A stretch of 64,000 bases of DNA from an uncultured delta proteobacterium (GTDB lineage Bacteria > Desulfobacterota > Desulfobulbia > Desulfobulbales > SURF-16). The stretch lies in assembly GCA_963729825.1 (NCBI GenBank), contig CAVSQR010000043.1, forward strand, positions 1,732-65,731, given 5' to 3'. Shown piece after piece: positions 1-9,693 of the stretch; the stretch's first letter is position 1; every line of letters begins with the position of its first letter. The position numbers and the translations under genes are program-made. The notes below the pieces were generated by a model, which was given only the letters and a program-made list of their open reading frames with translations, was not told the origin of the DNA and searched no databases.

Positions 1-713
1 TCTCGATGCCGCGCATCCGGGTGACCATTTCCTGGAGCGCGTAAAACTTGTCCGGGGCCTGGCTGGCGTGGGCGTAGCAGGCCGAGCGCTTTCGTGGCTT
101 CGGTGGCGGTGATATCGACGTAGTGGGTCGGGGCGAACTGAACGGTGTCCTCGCCGTTGGAAACCTCGTAGTAGTAGAGGGCGAACTTCTTGCCCATCTG
201 CAGCCAGGCGTCATAGACCAGCAGCGAAATGGCGCGGTGGTCGGCGTGGTTGTCGATCGGCCAGTGGGTGAAGACCACATTGGGCTGCTCCGCCTCCAGG
301 AGGCGATGGAACTTCTCGTAATGGGCAGCGATCAACGATCGCGGCGCCGTTGATTTGCCCGGCGTAGGCGGGGCGGGCCTTGAGAATCTCGCAGGCTTTC
401 CTGGCCTCGGCTATCCGCACCGATTTGGCGTCTTCCAGCTGCGGGTTTTCGGGCCACTCGCCCCGGTTGAGGTAGAGCAGGACGACCTCGTGGCCCAGGT
501 CGGTGTAGCGGGCGATGGTGCCCGCCGCAGCCGTATTCCGGGTCGCCGGGATGACCGCCGGTGACGACCACCTTGAGCTTGGGCTTTCGCTGGCGGTGCG
601 CTCCGCTAGGCGACGGCTCGGCGGCGGTTGCCGCCAGCGGCAGACCAACGGCGACGGTGGTTCCGAGCCAAGCTGGCCCTGGTCAGCATGTCTCGGCGTG
701 AAATCGGTTTCAT
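1..713 (-). CDS. PIG-L/LmbE family deacetylase with twin-arginine signal; frameshifted and running off the left edge
   Basis: ATG at 713 gives MKPISRRDML (Tat-like). Other frames give VVTGGHPGDPEYGCGG, TIARYTDLGHEVVLLYLNRGE and a downstream PNVVFTHWPIDNHADHRA segment, which are PIG-L motifs. Confidence 0.75.
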
Positions 714-715
714 AT

Positions 716-1195
716 TCAGTCTTCCCCGTCGTAGTAGTCCAGAGCCTCGGAGCGGATCATCCTTTGCTGTGGTGAAGTCACGCCCCACTTCTTGCTGTCG
801 GGATAATAGCATGATTCACCGATCGGGTTATCCGCCACCACGTACAGAATCAGGTCCTGCTGGCCGTCGTTGGTGATCTGGTGCGGTTCGCCGGGCTTGA
901 AGATGAAGGCGTCCCCCTGTTCAATCTCCGTGTTTCCTTCCTGGTGCCGGACAACCCCGTGCCCGGAGAGCACATGATAAAACTCCCATTGCGCGCTGTG
1001 CGAGTGATATGGGTTGGGGGTCTTACCGGGAGGGATGCGGCAGATTTCCACGTCAAACGGATGCCTTTCGTGCAAGTCCGTGGACTGCGGCTTGCGCCCC
1101 AATTCCTCCGAAACCTCTTTGCCATAGCCGACGAACTTGCCTTTGGGAGAAGACCACGCCAGTTCTGTAATGTGGTTCGTATTGACCTTGCGCAT
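716..1195 (-). CDS. Cupin domain protein
   Basis: PYHSHSAQWEFYHVLSGHG and GDAFIFKPGEPHQITN cupin motifs; C-terminal YYPDSKK...LDYYDGED. Start taken at MRKVNTN. Confidence 0.85.
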   Translation of the reverse strand: MRKVNTNHITELAWSSPKGKFVGYGKEVSEELGRKPQSTDLHERHPFDVEICRIPPGKTPNPYHSHSAQWEFYHVLSGHGVVRHQEGNTEIEQGDAFIFKPGEPHQITNDGQQDLILYVVADNPIGESCYYPDSKKWGVTSPQQRMIRSEALDYYDGED

Positions 1196-1553
1196 ATCTG
1201 TTTTGGCGACCCGAAGCACTGTATCCCTTCCACTTTCGGGGGCAAGCGCTTGGCTCGATGGCTTCGTCGCTTACGGCAGAACGCCCAACTCGTCCAGGTA
1301 ATTGTGGAAATCGGCAGCGTCACGGAAGACCCGCAACGCGCCCGCTCGGACTCAGTTCGTCCTCGCCGTAGCCGCCGCTCTGGTGGAGCGTGCTAACGGG
1401 TGTTGAACCTATCGTGCTACCGATCGCTGGATGGGCGCGACGCGGTCCACACCAGCGCCACGCGCTAGAAGCTACTTGGGGATGGGGCAGGGGAGGGAAC
1501 ACCATTCTGCTGCTCCTGTTGACGAGTAGGGAGCGACCGTCAACAATCCCCCA

Positions 1554-1793
1554 ATGGAACCCGGCTATACCTCGACACAGGGTCAATACTTGGCTTCCAT
1601 CTACTACTACACTAAAATCCACCGCGTCCCGCCCGCTGAAGCCGACATGCAGCGCTACTTCAGGGTGTCGCCGCCCGCGATACGCAACATGATCGTGACC
1701 CTGGAGAGGCGTGGGTTCATCAGGCGCACTCCCGGAGCGGGGCGGTCGGTACACCTCCTGGTGAGCCGCGACAAATTGCCTGACCTTGTCTAA
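1554..1793 (+). CDS. Small winged-HTH DNA-binding protein (LexA N-terminal/MarR-like)
   Basis: 79 aa: TSTQGQYLASI...PPAEADMQRYFRVSPPAIRNMIVTLERRGFIRRTPGAGRS resembles the LexA DNA-binding domain, with no protease domain. Confidence 0.7.
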   Translation: MEPGYTSTQGQYLASIYYYTKIHRVPPAEADMQRYFRVSPPAIRNMIVTLERRGFIRRTPGAGRSVHLLVSRDKLPDLV

Positions 1794-2025
1794 ACGTCGC
1801 AGTCAATTCGGTCGTGCAGCCGTGAAGCCGCACTCATCGCTTTTGTTCCGAGCACGACTCCAGGTTTGGATGCGATTGCATGGATCGATTTATGATTCTG
1901 TATGACTCTCGGGCTTCGCGAATAGTCGTGTTACTTCGTGCTGGACAAAAAGCAAACCGTCTGTTATCCACTGATATATGCAAGTTTACGCCAGTTTCTA
2001 TGGTAACTGGCTGGTGAACCCGAGC

Positions 2026-2051
2026 GGGTTCGATTCCCTTCACCCGCTCCA
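2026..2051 (+). mobile_element. 3' fragment of a tRNA-Gly-like gene, a probable attachment-site remnant
   Basis: GGGTTCGATTCCCTTCACCCGCTCCA gives a T-arm, acceptor 3' strand and CCA. No matching 5' half (GCGGGTG...) lies upstream. It is followed by the tandem direct repeat GTGCAGTAAA at 2078-2087 and 2089-2098. Confidence 0.65.
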
Positions 2052-2537
2052 TTGATTCTATTGGGTTTCTTGAGGGTGTGCAGTAAAAGTGCAGTAAACC
2101 ACAGCGCACTAAAACGGTGTGGACTTTCTCTCTCTTCTGCGACCTCCGAAGGGAATTGAACCCGCCTCTTAACCGGACTCAGCAACAATCCGTGCGGCCT
2201 GCGGAGGCAGATCCATTGCGGAGCAGCCCCCACTTCGCGCCGGAATCTCAACGGCTCGCCGCGCGGCCAGTCTTCGGCCTCCGTAATTCATACTTCATAC
2301 TTCAGCCTTCATCCTTCTCCCAGCGGGGGCCGGGACAAGTGGTGCCCTCTGAGACTACTCCCACGGGCCGCCCCATTGGTAGGTGCCGCCGGCACCCGCG
2401 CTTTTTGGTGAAAGGGCGAAGAGCCCGAAACAAATAACAAACGAAACACGACACAAATATGAATACCAACAACATCGCAGCTCCCTCCGTCACCATCGCT
2501 CCCCGCAATCCAGCAAAGGGCATCCCCCTCTTCGTGG

Positions 2538-2861
2538 TTAAGTGCCCACTTCGAGATAAGGCTGGTGTTGGCGGTAGAGCCGGGCGTCAGCACGGCGCAG
2601 CAGACACCCGCCTGGACCCTGAAGATCGCCTGCTTCCACACGGATGCCTTCCATTGGTTCCTCTGAGCGGAGGAGTATCTGGAAGCTCACCCTCTCGTTG
2701 CGGGCGGCACCGAGTTTGGCGGTCGTGCCGCTTCCGGGTGGATCGTTACGCGGGACGTGCCTGGTTTCGGTCAGAGTCCACACGTGCCACTTCGCGCGTG
2801 TCACATCGGCGAAGACGACGCAGAGCGGGGCGCCAAGAAACAATGAGGGATTAGGTTTCAT
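2538..2861 (-). pseudogene. Truncated N-terminal fragment resembling DUF4091/GH123-type secreted glycoside hydrolases
   Basis: LGAARNERVSFQILL...VEAGDLQGPGG resembles the N-terminal beta domain of these proteins. The ORF stops at 107 aa with no catalytic domain. Confidence 0.45.
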
Positions 2862-3150
2862 AACGGAGAGCTAAGTTAAGTCATATTATCGAGATTGCTG
2901 CGTCAGCCTCAGAATATAGGTTTCGCCGGCCGGAGCGCAGTCGGAAAAGTGGAGGTGTCGTATGGCTTTGCGAAGGCGACGAGGCGATGTCTTGGGACGC
3001 TTCGGCCCCGCCGCCTGTTCCTGCGCGGGCAGCGCTATGCCTGCGGCCTGCGCCTTTGGGGTTTGCGGGATTCCAAGGCTGGCCGCGGTTTATAATGGCC
3101 CCGTGGTACGCAGTGCATTAAGGTCGCTTGAAGCGTTAACCACCAAGACT

Positions 3151-3330
3151 ATGAATGCCAAACTGACCTATACCGAAGCTAAAGAGGATGAATGGCCGAT
3201 CTGCCCCTCGTGCAAGAAAGAACTGCGGGAACTCAAATTCAAGCGGCGAGGCTGGCTGACGAGCATCACCGCCTTCTGGTGCCCGTATTGCCGATGTTTG
3301 TTGAGCACGTCCACCACGTTTAACGGGTGA
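3151..3330 (+). CDS. Small zinc-ribbon protein
   Basis: 59 aa with two CxxC pairs (CPSC, CPYC). Confidence 0.6.
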   Translation: MNAKLTYTEAKEDEWPICPSCKKELRELKFKRRGWLTSITAFWCPYCRCLLSTSTTFNG

Positions 3331-3343
3331 GAAAGGCAAGGAT

Positions 3344-3565
3344 ATGAGGCCGCTGATTCTGCTGGTTGGGTGGTGTCTCCTGTTCGTGCTTTGCTGGCCG
3401 GTTGCGCTGCTCGCGCTGGTTCTCTTTCCCATTGTCTGGCTCCTTTCTTTGCCGCTTCGTCTTATCGGTATCACGATAGAAGCGATATTCGCGCTAGTTC
3501 GGGCGGTGCTGTTTCTCCCCGCCCGTCTGCTCGGTTGGAGACGAGGCGGGTGTCACGCCGGATGA
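3344..3565 (+). CDS. Small hydrophobic membrane protein
   Basis: 73 aa, almost entirely hydrophobic; AAGGA RBS upstream. Confidence 0.65.
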   Translation: MRPLILLVGWCLLFVLCWPVALLALVLFPIVWLLSLPLRLIGITIEAIFALVRAVLFLPARLLGWRRGGCHAG

Positions 3566-3648
3566 ACGCGCCGGGCACGCGCTGCCGTCCGCTGTCGGCG
3601 GTGGTCGTTAACCTCTGGCTGTCGTTAGCCGTTTCCGGGCGTGGCCGT

Positions 3649-4084
3649 ATGCTGAAAGCCCTGTCCATCGTTGGCTTCCTCGGAATGGCCGCTGGGGTCA
3701 TCGCCCAGTTCGCCACGGGAAATCTCTTTTCATCTTCCCCGTGGGTGATTGCGGTGCAGGTTGGGGCGGTTCTGCTTCTCCTTTGGGCGCGGCTGACGTT
3801 TGGTCGGCGCAGCTTTCATCGTGGCGGCCAATCCGACGGAGGGCGGCTTGGTGACCAGCGGGCCGTATCGGTATATCCGGCATCCGATCTATACGGCGAT
3901 CAGTGTGTTCAGCGGGGCTGGGGTGGTCGCGCACTGGTCTTGGGCGAGCGGGTTGCTGGGCGGGTTGGTGGTGGGCTGCGCGTTGCTGCGAATCTTCTGT
4001 GAGGAAGTCATGGTCACAGCGCGTTACCCGGAGTATCGGCAGTACGCCGCCACGACTTGGCGGATGATCCCCTACGTCTTTTGA
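3649..4084 (+). CDS. Isoprenylcysteine carboxylmethyltransferase (ICMT/Ste14) family membrane protein, frameshift near 3820
   Basis: LVTSGPYRYIRHPIY and EE...YPEYRQY...RMIPYVF motifs; the N-terminal TM helices are in another frame. Confidence 0.8.
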
Positions 4085-4190
4085 TTGAGAGCGAATGAGC
4101 GAGGGGGCAATTCCCGTTATCGCTTGCATCAATGCGCGTCGAAATTCTTTCGATTAACACGCCCGGGCGGCAGAGGGCCAAGGTGGGGGC

Positions 4191-4391
4191 ATGAAAACAT
4201 ACCGCTCAGCACACAGGATCGTGAGAATCCGGGGCTTCGCACTTTGTCTGGCCCTTGTCGGGATGGTCGGAGGTGCGTTCTGCTTGGGCAAATCTCTGGC
4301 AGCGCGAGTTGGCCAGACCACCGTCCCACAAACCGAAGGGCCGCAAGTTCCGAGTGCGAGCCTTGCTGACTTGATCGCAACCGCCCAGTAG
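4191..4391 (+). CDS. Short hypothetical protein with a signal-peptide-like segment, possibly a fragment
   Basis: 66 aa ORF with a basic N-terminus and a hydrophobic stretch. Confidence 0.3.
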   Translation: MKTYRSAHRIVRIRGFALCLALVGMVGGAFCLGKSLAARVGQTTVPQTEGPQVPSASLADLIATAQ

Positions 4392-4907
4392 TGTGGTCTG
4401 GAAAGCGCCGCTCTGGTAAGACGGTCTGCGGTCGCCGCCGTCAACCGCTCAGCGGCCCGATTTCAGCGCTTGCGCATGGCAACCCATAGAAGGCAAAGGC
4501 CACCCGCGACGCAGTCAATCGCGGAACCGCCCACAAACACCGTCAGCGGAACCGCCCTAAGGTCTTGGTGGAGAAAGAGCACCCTGACGGGGCGAAAACC
4601 ACGCCCATTCCGATTAGGAAACAGGCTATCATGTAAGTGCCCGGAACCGAGTTATTCCGGCGACTGGCAATGAAATTCTCTATCCGCTAACTCGCCGCGG
4701 CGCACGCCGATAAACATACGGATCTCTCGCTGGCCGAGGTTTTAGCACGGGAAAAGCAAATCGCTCGACCGCAGTGAACACACACGCCAACCAGCTCGGA
4801 ATCTTTACCCGCCTCTCTCGTAGCTGCCACACTCAGAGGCCAGACCTCAGGTTGATGGGGTTTTGCTTGCCCAGGTTGGTCAGGGTATCTGCGGCCCGAT
4901 TCCACGG

Positions 4908-4975
4908 GAACCGGCCATGAAGGCGGTGGAAACTACCAGCCCTATGGCAAGCAGTAAGTATAGTCTCTTTTTCAT
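4908..4975 (-). CDS. 5' end (signal peptide) of a gene truncated at a fragment junction
   Basis: GAGGAG RBS, then MKKRLYLLLAIGLVVSTAFMAG, then unrelated sequence. Confidence 0.5.
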
Positions 4976-4992
4976 ATTTATATTCTCCTCTG

Positions 4993-5570
4993 TTAGAATT
5001 TAAACACGGCCGATAGTTTCCAGTTGGTCAGGTCGGTCAACTGGGCAAAGCCCATGAAATCCAATTGCAGGTTCTCGGTAACCTTCCAGCCGGCGCCATA
5101 GGTATAATTGGTGTAGCTTACTTTGCCCTGGTTGGTCTGGGAGGTCCCGGTCTCTTGCTCGTCCAGCGGGTTGGGGGTGTAGGTGATGGCCCTGGTTCCG
5201 TCGCCGTACACGGTCTCGGTGCTGACGACAGCGCTGCCGCCGGTAAGGATCTCGGTGTCGGTGCCGTCATAGCTGCCGATGTTATGGGTGGCGCCCAGGC
5301 GGAAGCAGATGTTCTTGGTCAGGTTGATCTACCGCCCCACCGGGAAGAAAAGGAGGTAATCGGCCGCGGTGTACTTGTAATCCCAGGTCTCGCCCCAGGT
5401 GGCTGTCTGGACATAGCTGGTGGGCAGGGTGCTGATGTTGTCGTCGCGTAATTCGTACCTGTCCACGCTGGCCCGGTCGTGGGTCTCGGTCAGCTCAAAG
5501 CTGTTGGTCTTGAATCCCAGTCCTATGGCGAAGACCGCTTTGTCCAGCTTGGCAGTATTCGACCACCCGG
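4993..5570 (-). CDS. C-terminal part of an outer-membrane beta-barrel protein (5' end missing, one frameshift near 5335)
   Basis: Amphipathic strands (YTYGAGWKVTENLQLDFMGF, WKLSAVFKF) end in a terminal Phe, a BAM-type signal. The upstream frame reads KAVFAIGLGFKTNSFEL. Confidence 0.65.
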
Positions 5571-5571
5571 A

Positions 5572-5995
5572 TCAGGGTCGTGCGGTTGAACCCGAACCGG
5601 GCTTCGATCACGAACGTGGAGTACAAGGAGAACGGAAGCCGAACGACGGAGAACACCAGCGAGACCGCGGCCACCAGGAGCAGGCCCTGGAACCAGGGGT
5701 GGACCGGCACGGATCGCGCCAGCCCGTCCAGGTACCCAAGGAACCCGCTGAGGACGACGGCGAGCACCGCCGCGGCGGAGACCGCGCCGGAGAGCAGCCC
5801 GAATCTCCCGTGCGTGAGGGTGTAGCTCACCGAGCGCGCGTGCGTCTGGGGGTCCACGACCCCCGCGAACGCCGCGGGCACGGCCGCCGCGTTCTTCTTC
5901 ACGTGAGACAGGTTCAGCAGGGCGAGCGCGGCGTCCCACCCGAGATCGAGGAAAAAGAAAACCAGGTACAGGATGAGAATCCCCTGGGCGCCCAT
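5572..5995 (-). CDS. M48/Ste24 (CAAX protease-like) peptidase, N-terminal part, truncated at junction
   Basis: RSVSYT...LPFSLYSTFVIEARFGFNRTTL is the characteristic Peptidase_M48_N signature. Sequence after about 5572 is unrelated. Confidence 0.8.
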
Positions 5996-6084
5996 TTGTC
6001 TTCCTTTTTGGGATAAGCTACTGGGCGCGCGGGGGAAAATCAAACCGGGGCTGCATCATTCGCATGAAGCAGCGACGCGAAACG

Positions 6085-6657
6085 TCAGTTACCCATCTTG
6101 GGGTCGCCCGGAGGCCACTTGTTCACCGTAAGAACGAACGTGGGAGTATCGGTGTACTTCATGGGGGCCGAAAGCTCAACGTTGAAGCCTCCCCTGTTTA
6201 TGGCCTGGGACTCATTCGAGGGAGTAATGATGAGAGGATCCGTACCCTGGTCGGGTGCGAGGACTATCACTTTGGGCATTGTCCTGAAATGAAGCGTAAA
6301 TACAATCGCCGCGTGGATCTGCGAGAAATCGGAGATCTCGATCAGCTTCTCTTTCGTGGCGCTTGGCCTGAAAGCCTGGAAGCCCGTGAAGCCGCTCACG
6401 GTGGCACCTCTTGTTTTCAAGAGGGACATCAGCTTCTGTTCCTGGTCTGATGGCACCTTCTTTACAAGGAGCAGAAGCCCCGGCGCGCCGCCATCCACGT
6501 CAACCGTCATCCATCCCGTCCCGAAATCGTACATCCACGGCATAGTTGAGGGGGGGGTCACCATTGCCGTCCAGTCCGCGAATGAAGGAACGCCAGACAG
6601 CGCCAAGGCGAACAAGATCGACAAGATCCAGATTCTCACTCTCCACCGCACCAGCAT
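6085..6657 (-). CDS. Hypothetical secreted protein (~190 aa)
   Basis: AGGAGG RBS, then MLVRWRVRIWILSILFALALSGVPSFA (signal peptide). No family recognised. Confidence 0.6.
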   Translation of the reverse strand: MLVRWRVRIWILSILFALALSGVPSFADWTAMVTPPSTMPWMYDFGTGWMTVDVDGGAPGLLLLVKKVPSDQEQKLMSLLKTRGATVSGFTGFQAFRPSATKEKLIEISDFSQIHAAIVFTLHFRTMPKVIVLAPDQGTDPLIITPSNESQAINRGGFNVELSAPMKYTDTPTFVLTVNKWPPGDPKMGN

Positions 6658-6710
6658 AGCCACCTCCTGGATATTCCATTTCTCGAAATGAGCTCCACGG
6701 CCAACGGCCG

Positions 6711-9617
6711 TCACACATGGGTTGTTGCGTCTGCAGACTGCGCCAACTTCTCCAACGAACGGGCAAGGCCACGGGCCGCTCTCTGCTTGTCCTCCTGGTC
6801 GTCCAGTTCGATGTATTTTTCCAGGAGCGGTATGCCCCTCGAAAAGCAATCCTTCGCCTTTCTCCAATCACCGTTCGCGAGATATGCCTCCCCGGCTGCA
6901 CGAAGACTGACGGCCAGTTCCACGCTTTCTCCGACCTCGCTCGAGACTTGCAGGGCTTCGGTCGCGGCCGTCAAGGCGGCCGGCCGATTTCCCAGGGCGA
7001 GGGAGGCGTCGGCAATTCCGGCAAGCGCGAGCGCGAGCCACCGGCGGGTTCCCATTCGGAGAGACAGCACCTGCAGCGATCGGTAGCATTCCAACGCACG
7101 CTCATGTTCTCCCAGAGCGGCAAAGAAGAAGCCCATGTTGTTCCAGCTGACTGCGTAGGACCGCTCGTCTCGCACCTTTCGACTCAGTTCGAGCGCCTCG
7201 CTTGACAGTTGCACTGCTTGGCGGTAGTCGCCTCTGCTGTGAGCAAGGTTGGCAAGGTCGCTCACCGCGTGCGCAAGGAGACGGTCATCGCCGATCTTGC
7301 GGAATACGTCCCGGCTTCTTTCGAAATGCACCTCCGCGTCGTCGAGCCTCCCGGACTGCTCCGCAAGGAGGCCGAGGCCTTTCTCGGCGAGCGCGCGAAT
7401 GACATCGTCGCCGGGCGGGCTCCCCTCGTAGGCGGCCGTGAACTGGATCTTCGCTTCAGGCCTGTCGCCCTGCCGGTACAGGGTCATGCCCAGTTCGTAG
7501 TGGGCTGCAGCGAGCCCACTCGCGTCGGCGCCAAGGCGATAGAGCTTGGCCGCCGACGCGAGATAACGGACCGAGAGCGAGTACTCTCCATGTTCCCGCG
7601 CCAGGGCACCCGACTGCAGGAGGACACCACCGCGTGCCGAGGCAGACCCGCCTTCCCTTGACAAGGCTCGCGCGCACGACTCCCTGCCTTCGGTAAGGTA
7701 TCCGCGCACTTGCCAGTACAAACCCAACGCATTGCACAGCCGGAGCCCGGAATCGACGTCGCCCTTCCGGCTCAGCCATGCGAGGGCGGCGCGAAAGTTG
7801 TCGTGTTCATGCTCCAGCGCGTCGAGCTCGAACCGCTGACGGGGACCGACAAGCGCAGGTGCAACGGATTCCGCTATATCCAGATAATACTCCCCATGAG
7901 CCCTGCAGGCCTCGTCGCGGGCCCGGCTCGCGTCCAGTAGCTCGAGGCCGTACTCGCGCAGGGATTCGAACATCACGAAGCGCTTGCCGGTGGCATGCTC
8001 GTCCACGCTGAGCAGGCTCTTGTCCACGAGGGAGGCAAGCGTATCCATGACGTCGATCCCGTCCGACCCCCCGCAACCGCAGACGGCTTCCATTGCCTCC
8101 AGCGTGCATCCGCCGGAGAAAACCGCCGCTTCACGAAAGAGCTGCTGTTCGGCCGGGGTGAGCAAGCGGTAGCTCCAGTCAATGGTCGCCCGCAAGGTCC
8201 GCTGCCGGAACGGCAGGTCCGCGGCCCCGCCGCTCAGGAGCTTCAGCGTGCTGCCCAGCCGCTCCAGGATTGCCGCGGGGGAGAGGACGTTCACGCGCGC
8301 CGCCGCCAGCTCGATTGCCAGCGGCAGGCCGTCGAGGCGCGCGCAGATCTCGGCAACCGCCGGCGCATTGTCGTTGGTTACGGAGAACTCCGGCGCGACG
8401 GCGGTCGCGCGATCCACGAAGAGTGACACCGCCTCGTATTGGGAGATACGGGACGGAAGCATTTCGCGGGCTTCGCGCCGCTTCGGCGCAGTGAGGGGCG
8501 GCACTCGGAAGACCCGTTCCGCCCGGATGTGAAGCGCTTCCCGGCTGGTCACGAGGACCTTCAGAGAAGGGCAGGCGCCGAGCAGGTCCACCACGTGGGG
8601 GACGCCCTTCATGACCTGCTCGAAGTTGTCGAGGATCAGCAGCATCCGCTTGTCGCGCAGGGCGTCCTGCAGGAGCGCCGCGAGCGGCCGGGCGCCGGTC
8701 TCGCGCACCTCGAGGGTGCGGGCGATCATCGGAATCACGTGGGCGGCCGAGTCGATCGCCGAGAGGTCGACGAAGAAGACACCGTCCGGGAAGTGCTCGA
8801 TGAGGTTGGCCGCCGCCTGCAGGCTGAGGCGCGTCTTCCCCGTTCCCCCGACGCCCGTCAGGGTCAGGGCCCGGACCTGCTCGCTCGTCAGGAGGGACTG
8901 GACGGCCTGCAGCTCCTTCTCCCGGCCGACGAACGGGTTGGGCTGCAGGGGCAGGTTGTTCGGGTGATTGTCGAGCGACTTCAGCGCAGGGAAGTCGGAG
9001 CGCAGCCCCCGGTGGACGAGCTGGAACACGCTCTCGGGCCGCAGGAGATCCTTCAACCGGTGCGCCCCGAGGTCCTGCAGGGAGACGTCGTCCGGCAGGA
9101 GGTCGCGCAGCAGCTCGGCGGTGACGAGGGAGACGAGGGTTTGCCCGCCGTATCCAATGGAGAGAAGCCGCGCGACGCGGTTCAACGTCTGGCCGAAGTA
9201 GTCCCCGTCACGCTCCTCCGCGGTGCCGGTGTGCAGCGCCATGCGCACGCGGATGCCGCCGGGAACTTCCCAGGGGGCGGAAACGAGAGCTGCCTGGCAA
9301 TCGAGGGCCGCGCTCATGGCATCCGATGCCGTCTCGAAGGCGGCGCAGAACGCATCCCCGACAGTCTTGAAGACGTACCCGCGGGCAGCCTCGATGCACC
9401 GCCGCAGAAGCTCGTCGTGCCGCGCGAGCGCCGCCTTCATGGGCGCCGTGTGATGCTCCCAGAGCTTCGTGCTTCCTTCGATATCAGTGAAGAGGAACGT
9501 GATGGTTCCGCTGGGAGGGCTGGCCAGTCGGTGACCTCCTGCAGGGCCATGGGCTGCGCGGCTGCTCCTTGAATTGTATGCAGCCGGCCATGCCAACGCA
9601 AGGACGTTGGTCGACAT
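6711..9617 (-). CDS. Class III adenylate/guanylate cyclase - STAND (NB-ARC-like) ATPase - winged helix - TPR protein
   Basis: Cyclase motifs TFLFTDIEGST, KTVGDAF and DYFGQTLNRVARL; Walker A GVGGTGKT; Walker B LLILDNFE; GLPLAIELAA; C-terminal TPRs. The real start is probably near 9527. Confidence 0.92.
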   Translation of the reverse strand: MSTNVLALAWPAAYNSRSSRAAHGPAGGHRLASPPSGTITFLFTDIEGSTKLWEHHTAPMKAALARHDELLRRCIEAARGYVFKTVGDAFCAAFETASDAMSAALDCQAALVSAPWEVPGGIRVRMALHTGTAEERDGDYFGQTLNRVARLLSIGYGGQTLVSLVTAELLRDLLPDDVSLQDLGAHRLKDLLRPESVFQLVHRGLRSDFPALKSLDNHPNNLPLQPNPFVGREKELQAVQSLLTSEQVRALTLTGVGGTGKTRLSLQAAANLIEHFPDGVFFVDLSAIDSAAHVIPMIARTLEVRETGARPLAALLQDALRDKRMLLILDNFEQVMKGVPHVVDLLGACPSLKVLVTSREALHIRAERVFRVPPLTAPKRREAREMLPSRISQYEAVSLFVDRATAVAPEFSVTNDNAPAVAEICARLDGLPLAIELAAARVNVLSPAAILERLGSTLKLLSGGAADLPFRQRTLRATIDWSYRLLTPAEQQLFREAAVFSGGCTLEAMEAVCGCGGSDGIDVMDTLASLVDKSLLSVDEHATGKRFVMFESLREYGLELLDASRARDEACRAHGEYYLDIAESVAPALVGPRQRFELDALEHEHDNFRAALAWLSRKGDVDSGLRLCNALGLYWQVRGYLTEGRESCARALSREGGSASARGGVLLQSGALAREHGEYSLSVRYLASAAKLYRLGADASGLAAAHYELGMTLYRQGDRPEAKIQFTAAYEGSPPGDDVIRALAEKGLGLLAEQSGRLDDAEVHFERSRDVFRKIGDDRLLAHAVSDLANLAHSRGDYRQAVQLSSEALELSRKVRDERSYAVSWNNMGFFFAALGEHERALECYRSLQVLSLRMGTRRWLALALAGIADASLALGNRPAALTAATEALQVSSEVGESVELAVSLRAAGEAYLANGDWRKAKDCFSRGIPLLEKYIELDDQEDKQRAARGLARSLEKLAQSADATTHV

Positions 9618-9693
9618 TTATTCACTTATTGTGGAAAAAATCCTTTGCAATCCCGCCGAACACCCTGTACTATCACCCCCAGAGGAGGAAAAC

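Noticed and set aside
1976-2051. Complete tRNA-Gly gene
   Set aside because: Only the T-arm and 3' acceptor strand are present; there is no complementary 5' acceptor strand, D-arm or anticodon arm.
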